Source of the DNA: Octopus vulgaris
Lineage: Eukaryota
Direction of reading: 5' to 3'
Length of the DNA stretch: 64,000 nt
Assembly (NCBI GenBank): GCA_951406725.2
Contig: OX597821.1
Span: 41,664,001 to 41,728,000, forward strand
This document shows positions 52,269-64,000 of this stretch, piece by piece; the first letter of the stretch is position 1, and every line of letters starts with the position of its first letter. The notes under the pieces are model-generated. The model did not search any database, had not been told where the DNA came from, and was given only the letters and a program-made list of their open reading frames with translations. The translations under genes were made by a program, and so were the position numbers.

Positions 52269-52305
52269 TCTTTTACGTTTCGAGCCTACGCTCTTCGACT
52301 GAAAG
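52269..52305 (-). ncRNA. Hammerhead-like variant motif (core UCGAAGA)
   Basis: Minus: ctttcag-TCGAAGA-gc gtag gctc-GAAA-cg-TA-aaag. Confidence 0.45.
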
Positions 52306-53087
52306 GAACACAGAAACTAACAGGGCGAGAAAATAGAAAAGGTTTAGTGGTTAGCGATCTGTATGTATGTATGTATGTATGTATGTATGTATGTATGTAT
52401 GTATGTATGTATGTATGTATGTATGTATATGTACATATATGTATATATATGTATATACATATACATATATATGTTTTCAAATTTCATGTTGTTTACGGTT
52501 TGTGATGTCCTGTACCCATATATAAATATATGTGTGTATGTGCGTACATATACGCATATATATATATAGAAACGGCGGTGCCTCAGCATGGCCACAGCTC
52601 GTGAGCTGAAACTAGATGAAATATGAAATATATATATTTGATTGAACGCCATGCATCCATTTCCATGTAAGTTTATGTATGTATGTATGTATGTATGTAT
52701 GTATGTATGTATGTATGTATATAATAGTCTGGTACGCCAGTGTCCCAGGTAATTAAAAATAGAAATAGATAAAATAATGTGAGAAAGGCAAACTGAAATA
52801 TGTCCGATAACAACTTTGGCCATATTTCAGCCGTATTAAGCCTCCTCAGTGAAGCATAGCCATTCATATTAATTCGGTACGACAGCAGCCAACAGTAAGA
52901 CCTACAATACGTTTCTCATCGTCAGCACAGGCCTGAGTGACCATCGTCAAGACAATACAGTCTGAGACGATCTGTTTAATCGATATATCTATATAATAGG
53001 CAACGCAAATCAATACTGTATCAATTTCACCATATTGACCAACGTTGTCTGGTAGTGTTGGGTTTATTGCATCTTGTGTTATATGGA

Positions 53088-53535
53088 AAAGAGAGAGAGA
53101 GAGAGAAGGGGGAGAGATGGGAGGGAGGGAGGGAGGGAGGGAAAAGGAGAGGAAGACAGAGGGGGAGAAAGAGGGAGACAGAGAGCGAGAGAGAGGAAGA
53201 GAGGGGCAGAGAGGAGAGAGGGAGGACAGAGAGAGGGAGGACAGAGAGAAGGAGAGAGGGGAAGGGAGAGTGAGACAGAGGGCAGAAAGATGGAGACAGA
53301 GGGTGAGAGAGAGGGACAGAGGAGGACAGCGAGAAGGAGAAAGAAGGAGGGGAGAGACATGGGGAGAGAGGAGGAAAGGGGTAAGAAAGAGAGAGGGTTA
53401 GAGAGGAAGAGATTGAGGGAGAGAGAGAGGGGAGAGGAGAGAGGGAGAGAGAGGGGAGAGGAGAGAGAGACAAAGGGGGCGAAAGAGAGAGGAGAGAGAG
53501 AGAGAAAGCGGGAGAGAGGGGGAGAGGGATGGTGA
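53088..53535. repeat. Polypurine (GA-rich) low-complexity tract
   Basis: Direct inspection. Confidence 0.9.
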
Positions 53536-53619
53536 GAAAGATTGAGGGAGAGAATGTTCTATTTCACTCAGGCTGCGGGGTTGTCTTAGTGTTTCTCCTT
53601 TCTCTTCCACCTTTTTTTA

Positions 53620-53935
53620 TCTTGTTACAGGCATTGGACTGCGGCCATGCTGGGGCATTGCCGTTAGTCGAACAAATGCACCCAATATTTATTTTCTAAG
53701 TACTTATTCTATCGGTATCTTTTGCTGAAGCTCTATGTTACGGCATCGTAAAGAAAGCAAAATTGGTTGTCGAGCGGTGAGGTGGACAAACATAACACAA
53801 AAACACACACACAGATGTGTGTGTGTGTGCTTATAATGGACTTTGGTTTGCCGGCCCGATGCAATAGTAAAAGTCACTTGCTAAAAGTGTCGCACGATGG
53901 GATTGAAACAAGCTTCTTAACCACACAGCAACACT
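53620..53935 (-). mobile_element. SINE family A, diverged
   Basis: gactgcggccatgctgggg...tacttattctatcggt...accacacagc. Confidence 0.75.
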
Positions 53936-54017
53936 GGTTTACGTCTTGTTCGCTTGATTTCTCGATTTGAACGATTACCGATTGATTTCCCATCTGAATT
54001 ATCATCATTGATGAAAT

Positions 54018-54436
54018 CTTATTTCTTTATTGCCCACAAGAGGCTAAACATAGAGGGGACAAACAAGGACAGACAAACGGATTAAGTCGATTATATCGAC
54101 CTCAGTGCGTAACTGGTACTTAATTTATCGACCCAGAAAGGATGAAAAGCAAAGTCGACCTCGGCGGAATTTGAACTCAGAACGAAGCAACAGGAGAAAT
54201 ACCTATTTCTTTACTACCCACAAGGGGCTAAACACAGAGAGGACAAACAAGGACAGACAAACGGATTAAGTCGATTATATCGACCTCAGTGCGTAACTGG
54301 TACTTAATTTATCGACCCCGAAAGGATGAAAGGCAAAGTCGACCTCGGCGGAATTTGAACTCAGAACGTAGCGACAGACGAAATACCTTTAAACATCTCG
54401 TCCGGCGTGCTAACGATTCTGCCAGCTCGCCGCCTT
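54018..54436 (-). mobile_element. Family B SINE dimer
   Basis: Two bodies joined at gaaatacctatttcttt (54196); degenerate TSD ttatcatcattgatgaa / ttatcaccagtgatgaa. Confidence 0.9.
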
Positions 54437-54689
54437 ATCACCAGTGATGAATTGTTGAAATTTCAAATAGATTCCCTTCATTGGAAGCAAGACATTTCCA
54501 ACAGTTTATTCTACGTGCCTAAGTTCACCGAGGGAAACTATTCTTGGATGTAGGACCCACTTTGAAAAGAACATACTCGATTCTATGCACAGCGTATCAC
54601 ATACGGGTGGATTAGATGCACACCAATTTCAGCAGCGCGTATTGAGGAGGAAAACGATTTTATTACATTAAAGCATGTTATATAGGCCA

Positions 54690-54980
54690 GGTGAAGGTAC
54701 ATGGCCTAGTGGTTAGAGCAGCAGACTCGCAGTTGAGGGGTCGCGGGTTTGAATCTCAGACCGGGCGATGTATGTGTTTATGAGCGAAACATCTAAGCTC
54801 CATGCGGCTCCGGCAGAAAGTAATAGCGAACTTCTGCTGACTCTTTCACTACAACTTTTTTCTCCTGCTTCTAGCAGCTCACCTGCGATGGACCGGCGTC
54901 CCGTCCAGGTGGGGAACCTATACGCCAAAGAAACCGGGAAACTATGAGCCAGTCGCGGCTCGAGAAGGAACAGACATATA
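54690..54980 (+). mobile_element. SINE family C variant
   Basis: atggcctagtggttagagcagcagactcgc...gggtttgaatctcagaccgggc. Confidence 0.8.
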
Positions 54981-55724
54981 GGCCACACTTCACATGTAGG
55001 ACCCGGGGTGGATTTTTGAGACATTTCTTTAATAATAAAGTGCGTCTTATGACATCAAATACGGGGAAAACCTCTTCTTGAGTATATTTACTGGCCAAGT
55101 CTCAAGATTGCTTCATGTATGACGAGACTAAGAAGTTAATTGACGCAATAAAAGTGAAATTATGCCTATTTTAAATATCTTCACTACAAACATTATTTCT
55201 TAACTAAGTAGATATTTTCCATCCTGACTTTAATTTAACAATTCTCAAATTCTATTTTTTAAAGAAATTGCATTTTTAATTTTATTTCATTTCATTTACC
55301 TACTTCCTTCGATTACTTAGATTAGCAGAAAGTGTTAATAGCTGCGAGAGTGTCGAAGCGAAGAAAGAAATAACAAAAATACACTGGACTAAATTTCCTT
55401 CCAATCTTCTCGATTTCCTCTGTTTTTAATTCAAATATTACCAGAATCTCAATAAAATAACCGATATAATGGATGGTTGGTTGGTTTCTGTAGTTATACA
55501 TTACATCATAGAGAGAGACAGAGCGAGTTACCATAAGAGATGCAGAATGAGTACACCTACTAGGCTTGATGAAAGGCAATGAGTATATGACCGCTGCCAC
55601 GTACACACCTACTCTCGTTCTCTTAACATGTATGTATGTATGTATGTTTGTATGTATGTATGTATGTTTGTATGTATGTATGTATGTATGTACACTCCCC
55701 TGCTCTTCCTAATGGCTCTCTAAT

Positions 55725-55793
<69 letters not shown>

Positions 55794-56949
55794 ACGTGTA
55801 AACTTCCATAATATAAAACTAACACAATAATTTTGTTTTTACTCTGTGAATATTCTTTTATTTTATAATTATTTTAAGTTAAATACTTATCTTTGGAAAA
55901 TTAGTATTCGTTTCATTTTGTTTAAGCAACAAGAAATTCGGTAGAAGTTCAATCAAAATTGATTCCTGATATAACCCCATGGTGGCAAAAGGATATTTTC
56001 AAAGTTACACGTCATATGACAAGCAACACTCTAGTTAATAACATAAATACCGGTAATAGACAGGTCCTATTTTATTGGCAATTTAAATAATCTTTCTCTA
56101 AGAATGCGTGGTTTTCTTCCAATATTATAAACCGTACACAAATAGTACGATCTATTCACCAGTGTGTAGGAAAAAAAAAGTAGTGTTGCAGCTGCTAAGA
56201 AACAAAATTAGTGTTTTATTCTCGAATTGGTGACAATTATAACAAAAGTTAATTTTGAAAATGTCAACCGTTGAAGGCAAGAAATAAAGATCTTTATCAA
56301 CACACATGCTATCTCTTTCAACACACAAGATACTTCTAATGGCTTCAAGGGATTTATATATTAATCAGGATATATTACTGCTTTTTGAAATTGCTTTTTC
56401 ATCAGTTTACTCAGGATTTTATCACGAATTTTCTCATTTAGTGACTGCGTCTTTCTACAGTGTCAATATTACTATTCCTGTCAGTTAGGTTTTGATCAAT
56501 GTGTTTTTCTTGTAGGATTTTTCATATAGGCTACTGAATATCGCATTTCTGTACTAATATATTTGAGCAAACAGCATTGCAGAAAGCTTACGTTAAAGAT
56601 ATAGAGCCATAAGGTGAATCAATGGGCAAATATCCAATACTTAAAAGCTTTGTTGTAAAAGGCATCGGTTTACTCTCCGAATAGCAAATACATGCCGAAA
56701 AATTCTTGCAGTTTTATCTGCATGTATAATGGCTTTTAAATTGCTATTTATTTCATCCAATGGACATAAAGAATTGCCTTAAATACATGTGATGTGTGTG
56801 TATGTGTGTGTGTGTGTGTGTGTGTGGTGTGTAATAAATATACTTGTAAAATATCTTGGAATTCTGATGCAATCTCTGCATTTTAACCTAAAATTTGTGG
56901 AGGCGAAGGGGTCAGTTTATTGGGCTTCTAACGAAATGAATATTTCCAA

Positions 56950-57850
56950 TACTTGGATGTCTGCCACCAAGTCACAATAGGTGGCCAAGAAACTTATAAA
57001 TTTGACCGTTACTTTTTTAAATGTCTCCCACCTATAATTAAGACACGTTCAGATGTTATGCATACATTTGTTTTAGATTTGCTTAAATCTCACAATTCAA
57101 CATCTGACTCAATAAAAAAAAAATGGTCCAGAACATTTAGAAACGAGATGTTCAGTCTATTAAGAGAACCACCCCTAATACTCGGTTATAGAATCTCATT
57201 ACCAAGAGTTTCTCGTTTTTGTTTTCTTTCTTCTGAAATCTGTCGATTCACTCTCTGAACCCAAAACATCATTAGATCAGTAATACTTGCAGAGTGTACA
57301 ATTCCTGATTTGCAGCGTAAGCTAAAATAAGGTCTATTTTGTGTCTTTTGTTTGCTCACTGGAAAACATGGAAGCGTTCCAATGTCCACTCACTTACGTG
57401 GATCCAAAGGTGTGACGAGAAATATCAGTTTTACCTAGTCGAAAATCTTCTATATCATGGCAACTGACGACATTAAGTGTTACTCGTTGATTATTTCGCT
57501 GACATAATCTGTTTTAAGTAGCATTCTCGTATTAGAACATGATGATGATATTCCTGGTACAGTTCCCAAGGAATTCTATGCCCAAGAACCTTCCATGCCG
57601 AAATATATACTCTTCGTTCTTCTGGAGGTCTCCGATGAGTTTCCGTTGTTTCTCAGCATTCTCTTGTCAGAAAGAACACCCATGTCTTTGATGTAGTTTA
57701 GATGTCCACATTTGCTGCCGCTGCCTCGTTACTTACTTTTGTTCTTCATAAATCATAAATCATTCAATGGTAAAAGGAATTTCTTCAAAATGGCTGTAAG
57801 AATTTAATCAATCAACTGTCTTTCTGCGATGAGGAAAGGGAGAGAATTAA
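56950..57850 (-). mobile_element. Possible pogo/Tigger transposase remnant
   Basis: Minus-strand SNEAAAAN and RRVYISA fragments resemble Tigger GEAASAD and RTYIS motifs; heavily decayed. Confidence 0.3.
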
Positions 57851-58502
57851 TGTGGACATATATAGCACTGGTGTGTCTAGCTTATTTTGTGTGTTGGGAA
57901 GACGGAGATACCTTAAGACAGACAGATAACGTTTCTTATTTAACAAAAGTTAACGGATGAATTTTTCCTGGAGAGAAATTTTTGACAGGTGATTCGTATT
58001 TTTGCTTACTTTTTAAAAAATGATTAATTTCTTATTTTATATTCAAAAATGGTAGTTTAATAACTTTTTCTCTTTTAACGATGATGTGGAGAAATGAAAA
58101 CAGTTCGATTATTTTTTGGAAAGCCAAGTTATTTCTTGGACATTCCTCATAATTGAAATTACATTTTGCAAACGTGCGAGTTGGGCAAGTCTACTCGATA
58201 TTTTATTTTTATTTATGTATTTAATTATTTAATCAATTGTTTGTTTTGTACGTGATCGAAAGTAAAGCAGACGATAAAAAAGAACATTTCGTTTATGAAT
58301 TTTACCAAAATTCCTGATGTTCACATCGTGTGTTGAAACAGATATTAGATTTCGGAATGGTCGTTTTTTTGTTTTGCCAAATAAACATTCGTTCTCCATT
58401 TCAGCGTTATTATTATTATTATTTCAGTGCCCTTTGTCTGAAATCTTTGGTCACACATGTTGTCACCTCCTCAACGACTCTCTACTTCGCGTGTCTCCTC
58501 CT

Positions 58503-58731
58503 TATTTCTTTACTACCCACAAGGGGCTAAACATAGAGGGGACAAACAAGGACAGACAAACGGATTAAGTCGATTATATCGACCCCCCAGTGCGTAACTG
58601 GTACTTAATTTATCGATCCCGAAAGGATGAAAGGCAAAGTCAACCTCGGCGGAATTTGAACTCAGAACGTAACGGCAGACGAAATACGGCTACGCATTTC
58701 GCCCGGCGTGCTTACGATTCGGCCAGCTCGC
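58503..58731 (-). mobile_element. SINE family B with 16-bp TSD
   Basis: Flanked by tcgcgtgtctcctcct on both sides. Confidence 0.9.
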
Positions 58732-59042
58732 ATGTCTCGCGTGTCTCCTCCTGTCCATAGACACTGTGTCTGTGAACTAGAAGCTAGCACCATGGAGAAC
58801 GTCCAGCAAATAGCTAAATTCATTCACCAGGATTAACAGTACATTATCCTAGCAAGCATAGGCTACCGGTCTTAGACACAGAACTCAGGCTGGAAACTAC
58901 GAATAAGGTCCTGATACATGGTGCGTGTGGTTATTTGGCAAAAAAAGGGACCGTCCTAAAATATAACAAAAGAATATACTATTTGTTTATTTTCTTTCTT
59001 TGCATGTAGCCATGTTGCGTACACACACACACACACACACAC

Positions 59043-59085
<43 letters not shown>

Positions 59086-59246
59086 TAAGAATATCTTATC
59101 TTCTCTCTATATAAAAAACCACGGTTTTACCTTTAAATTACCTACTACCAAATACCATATAACGAGGATTATATATACTGAGGTAATATACCAGGAGTGC
59201 CTACGGATACATCTATCCCCTAGATAGTTGCATAACCTCTAACTTG

Positions 59247-59375
<129 letters not shown>

Positions 59376-60031
59376 GAGAGAGAGAGAACGAGAGAGAGAG
59401 AGAGAACGAGAGAGAGAGAGAGAGAGGGTGGGGTGAGAAATTGCTAACCGAACTGGAAATTCCGTGACAGTTGTATTGACATAATCATAATATCCATTCT
59501 GTAAAGGTGAAAGGAGTTTGTGCGTGAATAGTGCAGGAATCTAGAAGCAAGTAAAAATTTATCCTTATTTAGAACTGCGTTCTTTGACGTTTGTTAAAAA
59601 TTGTTGAAATGGTGTTTGTCTCTCCTGGATACAGATATAGTCTCTATTAAAGATATCTTCCCCTCTATATCTTGTGCGTTACAACTTATCTCGCGAGAAA
59701 AACGTAACCTCGTTTCGTTGTCTCCCGAGATTGAAAATAGGTTTTCTTTCATTGCAGCGTCATTAACGACTACAGAAGCTTTTTTCTCTTTCAGTTTTTT
59801 TTTCTTTTAACGGGTGGCTTGTTTGTTATAAGAAGACATCCTTTAGTAGAAAGGATTATTATTTTGGGTGAGTATTCGTTGTAAAATTATTTTCGTGCTG
59901 TTGTGAAATTATTAAGATAATATTGTTAAAAAATGACACAACCTTCTTTTGTGTAAAATTATTACCGCTGGAGTATTATGTTGATTATGATGTACATTAA
60001 GGGAATAATTTGTATTATTTTATTTCATCAT

Positions 60032-60182
60032 TGTGTGGTAAGTAGCTTGCTTACGAACCACATGCTTCCGGGTTCAGTCCCACTGCGTGGCACCTTGGGC
60101 AAGTGTCTTCTGCTATAGCTTCGGGCCGACCAAAAAACATTGCGAGTGGATTTGGTAGACGGAAACTGAAAAGAAGTCCGTC

Positions 60183-60233
<51 letters not shown>

Positions 60234-60420
60234 CCCCCAACATCGCTTGACAACCGATGCTGGTGTGTTTACATCCCCGTAACCTAGCGGTTCGGCAAAA
60301 GAGTCCGATAGAATAAGTATTAGGCTTACAAAGAATAAGCCCTGGGTCGATTTGCTCGACTAAAGGCGGTGCTCCAGCATGGCCACAGTCAAATGACTGA
60401 AACGAGTAAAAGAGAGTAAA
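60032..60420 (+). mobile_element. SINE family A
   Basis: Reverse complement of the 34222 copy. Confidence 0.9.
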
Positions 60421-61848
60421 GAGTATTGTGTCTTTTGTGCGCTCGTCCTTACTGCTAGACATTGCAGTCAAATCTTCTCATAAACATACATGCCTATCTT
60501 GAACTACAACACAACAACAAAGCTTGTTCGCGACTTCGTGCAGTCCTATTCTCTATTCATAAACAACTACACAAAGCAAAAAGGAACAAAATAAAAAACT
60601 GGATTGGCTGAATCGACAGAGCGTGGAATTTGTTCTAGATCTTTGTCGCTTTCGTCACTGACTACAATTATCCTCAAAAGATTTTTGTAATGTGCTTTAC
60701 CTTACAGATGTAATTTTTGACACTGAATCCGAATTTATGATTCATTTATTCCAGAAAAAATTTGCCAAAATGTTACAGGTGTTCAAAATTTCATCATCAC
60801 GTAGTGGGGGGGGGTATCGGCATGTCAAAACATTGCTAGAAATAACAGTCAAAACATGAAAATATACACGAATGAAAGTAACATTAAAACATTCGCGAGC
60901 AAATTAAATATTTAAAAAAGCTTTCCCACATACAAGCATTCACATACTTCCCTTGTACACTCACACACATACACACATATACTCACAGAGTTGAAACGCT
61001 GTTTGATTTTTCTTTTAGCGTTGAATGTTTACCATCTCACTTCTATTGCTTGCACACACACACCTCCCTTTTACATACACATACTCATACAGACCTGAAA
61101 CGCTCCCACTACCAGCTTGCCATTACCCCTTCCTTTCTTATTCGTTTATCACCCCTTCCTTTCTCATTCATATGTTGTGACGGAGAAAAACACAAGAGTA
61201 TTATTATGGTAGATTATCTTTCTCGTAATTCCTTCTCCTTGTGCGCATGCGCAGCTTCTTTGGTTACACTGGAAACATATCCCACTGAGGGCCACTTGCC
61301 CTTTCGTTATTTTTTTATGGTGCGGGGGGAGGATATCGATAACAAAAAGTGTCTTAAAGCGGTGGCTTTGTGGAGCCGTAACAACATCGAACTGGATGCC
61401 TTGTGGTGTTTGTTCCCGTTCAGAATTCAAATCCCTTTGTGGTCTGCTCGGTTATTAGGGTCTATCCTTCGGAGAAGTTATCATCAAACTGAAACTATTT
61501 GTTCGGCAATTTCCGTAATTTTTTTTTTTTTTTGCTTCTTTAGTATTTTTCTTATTTCAGCTAAACAGTGAAAAACACAGTCACACACACATATATACAT
61601 ACATACATACATCTCTTATGTTTTCACGAACCGCCTCGTAATGAGTCATGCGCACTGCCTTCTCACGCGACAAAATAATAAAAATAACAGCACAAAAATC
61701 TATTTTATTTTACATGGTCGAGGTTTGAACACTCTTAGTTATGGACCGAACGAAATAAAGTTACGAAGATCATATATACATGGAAATAAAATTAAAATTT
61801 ATAAAACGTGAGATTTCTACAATTCTCGCTAGGAACAATACGAAATTG

Positions 61849-62165
61849 GGTTCTACTAGCGAACAGTGGTCCCGGTGTGCGCACTCGCGCATCCGCGCTA
61901 GCTAGTTGTAAGTAGTCGATCCTACAACGACTTTTTAACCCTAACCCTAATTTTTTAACCCTAACCCTATAAAAATTTATTTACTTAGTTTTAAAAATTA
62001 TTTACTTTGCGTTTGATTGACTTTGTTCGAAAAATATTATTTAATTTTCTTTGATATATATTCAGCCTTGAAATACAAACATACGCGCAAGTCGTTGTAG
62101 GATCGACTACTTACGACTAGCTAGCGCGGATGCGCGCACCGGGACCACTGTTCGCTAGTAGTACC
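61849..62165. mobile_element. Merlin-like MITE with 8-bp TSD and internal TAACCC repeats
   Basis: TIRs of ~80 bp (ggttctactagcgaacagtggtcccggtg / caccgggaccactgttcgctagtagtacc), TSD CGAAATTG. Confidence 0.8.
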
Positions 62166-62184
62166 CGAAATTGTACTCCAAACA

Positions 62185-62696
62185 TCTATATATATAAAAC
62201 TCTAGTTGTGTGAGTGTCTGTCCCCTTCGATTTAGATTCCTAACTCCTCCCACATTTTGCGGTGCAGTTTAACCAAATTCGGGTATCTTATAGTCGTGAT
62301 TCATATCGAGCCCGTCTGACTATTAGCGCGCGTCAACGATGAGTCTACGATTTTAAAAATAATTTAACATCATTTTTTATTCCATTTTAATGCATAAAAT
62401 GCATCGTGTGTCGATGGCGGCGGAGTTGGCGTCCACGCTCAATGCTGCACCTGTTTGCTTCACCCCCTTCCCTCCCTCGTGAAGCTGTGGGGAAGGGAGT
62501 GTAAAGAAATCAACGTCGTAATGCGTTGTGAAGGAGACCAGCGTTCTTTTAGAACAATGATTTCATGGCTTGAAGACACCAAAACAGAAATGGCTAAGAA
62601 AGCCCGAATTGGCATCTATAAAGGAAGTAACTCTCTAAAAATGCTTATATAGTTATTTCCCTTACAAACCCGAGCAACGCCGGGCGATACTGCTAG
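62185..62696 (+). mobile_element. Non-autonomous Helitron
   Basis: A|TCTATATATATAAAA start; cccgagcaacgccggg hairpin then GCTAG|T end. Confidence 0.9.
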
Positions 62697-64000
62697 TTCT
62701 TTATAATAAACAAGCTAAAGAAAAAGTGGTACGTTGATATCAAGGATTACCTGAAATTGATTGTCAACAACAAACATTATCCACTCCCTTGCGACCTAAG
62801 TTCATTATCTTCTCTGTCTTTTATGAAGAAAAACTGATACTAAAATTTGAGAAGGAGAAGGTGGTACATTAATAACAAAGATCACCTTTAATTGCTACAT
62901 TGCCAGACTCTGTTCAGTCGCCTCCTACCTAAAGCCGTTAACATACATGTTCCTGTTTCTTAAGCGTGTACAGACTTATTTCAATTCACGTAAAGCTAAA
63001 GAAAAGCTATGCTAAATGGACTGACCTTAATTTCAATGCAACATTAGTGTTTAGAAATATTTTAAAAAATATATTACTACTTATATCTGCTTGGTATTTC
63101 CTTTAATATTGTTTTTCATTTCTCACTAATTTGAATTATTCAGTCAGAAACAAATTTAAAATATTGTATTGTTGTAAATTATAATGGAAATGTACGATTT
63201 TAGTGGTGAGAGGTAGGTCACTAGATTTAGGCTGGCTTTCTGAGAAGGTGAGTTTAGAGAAGTGTTTCCCAAAGTAGGCGGTGGAAAAATCTGATATGGT
63301 TGATGGGATCAAATCGGGTGTCAGTGTCGGGTGGGGGAGGGCAAAAGATGCATCGATAGTACACTCCTTTTAGTCTTTATCTACTATTTTAATATTAACA
63401 CATAAAGTGCGACGGGCCACAATTGTGGCCATCAGGCACAGATCAAAAGGCCACAATCGTGACGCAGAAAGATGCATTTAATTTAAGGGTGTTTGTTGCG
63501 ATCTAATGTCCCTCAAATGCTCCGATAACCCTCAGAATGCAAGAGGACTAATAGTTCAACTAATGACTTTTTCAGATGATGTCAAACTTGCCACCATTAT
63601 ATACTAAGAAGATATTTTAACTAATTTTTATTTTTTATGTGTGCATGGTAGAATCATTTTCATAAAATGTGCTCAGCAGTCCATGCTATGTAAGGGCAAA
63701 TCCCAGCGCTTTATGGGTTAACTTTAAGAAACATTTAATACGCTAAACTACTTGATAACCACATATTGACAATAATAATTGAGTTTTAAATATGAATAAA
63801 CGAAATTGTGTTTAAACTACCGATGTTGCATTCGCTTATAGTCACCTGCATTAAACTTGCACCCGAGTAAAACTGCTGCTTTTCGTAACATTTATAGCAA
63901 TATTTTGTTTGGAGTTAGAAATACAATGAACAAGTGATTTGCTCTTTGAAAACCTCTGACCAAGAGCGAAAATATTTGAAGTCAATGAGAAAAAGGAACA

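Noticed and set aside
61050-61571. 173-aa ORF
   Set aside because: TTG start, low-complexity ends, no domain

Overview
AT-rich, microsatellite-saturated eukaryotic DNA, intergenic or intronic. The SINE families and repeat density point to a coleoid cephalopod, most likely Octopus (recognition from memory, not a database result). I find no supportable host protein-coding gene: the ORF track is almost entirely microsatellite translations and decayed transposon fragments. Contents include at least four tRNA-type SINE families, decayed LINEs (RTE, I/Ingi-like, two R4/Dong-like RLE families), DNA transposon remnants (Tc1, mariner, hAT, probable piggyBac and pogo), three non-autonomous Helitrons, a Merlin-like MITE and a ~950 bp solo-LTR-like element with a complete promoter. 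The main structure is a ~2.5 kb inverted duplication (28841-31367, ~1 kb arms) whose distal junction abuts an intact Penelope-type minimal hammerhead ribozyme motif, followed by a pre-miRNA-like hairpin. Further hammerhead relics, microsatellite-flanked RLE retrotransposons and a SINE that repeatedly joins to its own copies at one motif are also present. All coordinates were read by eye, and boundaries of decayed elements are approximate.
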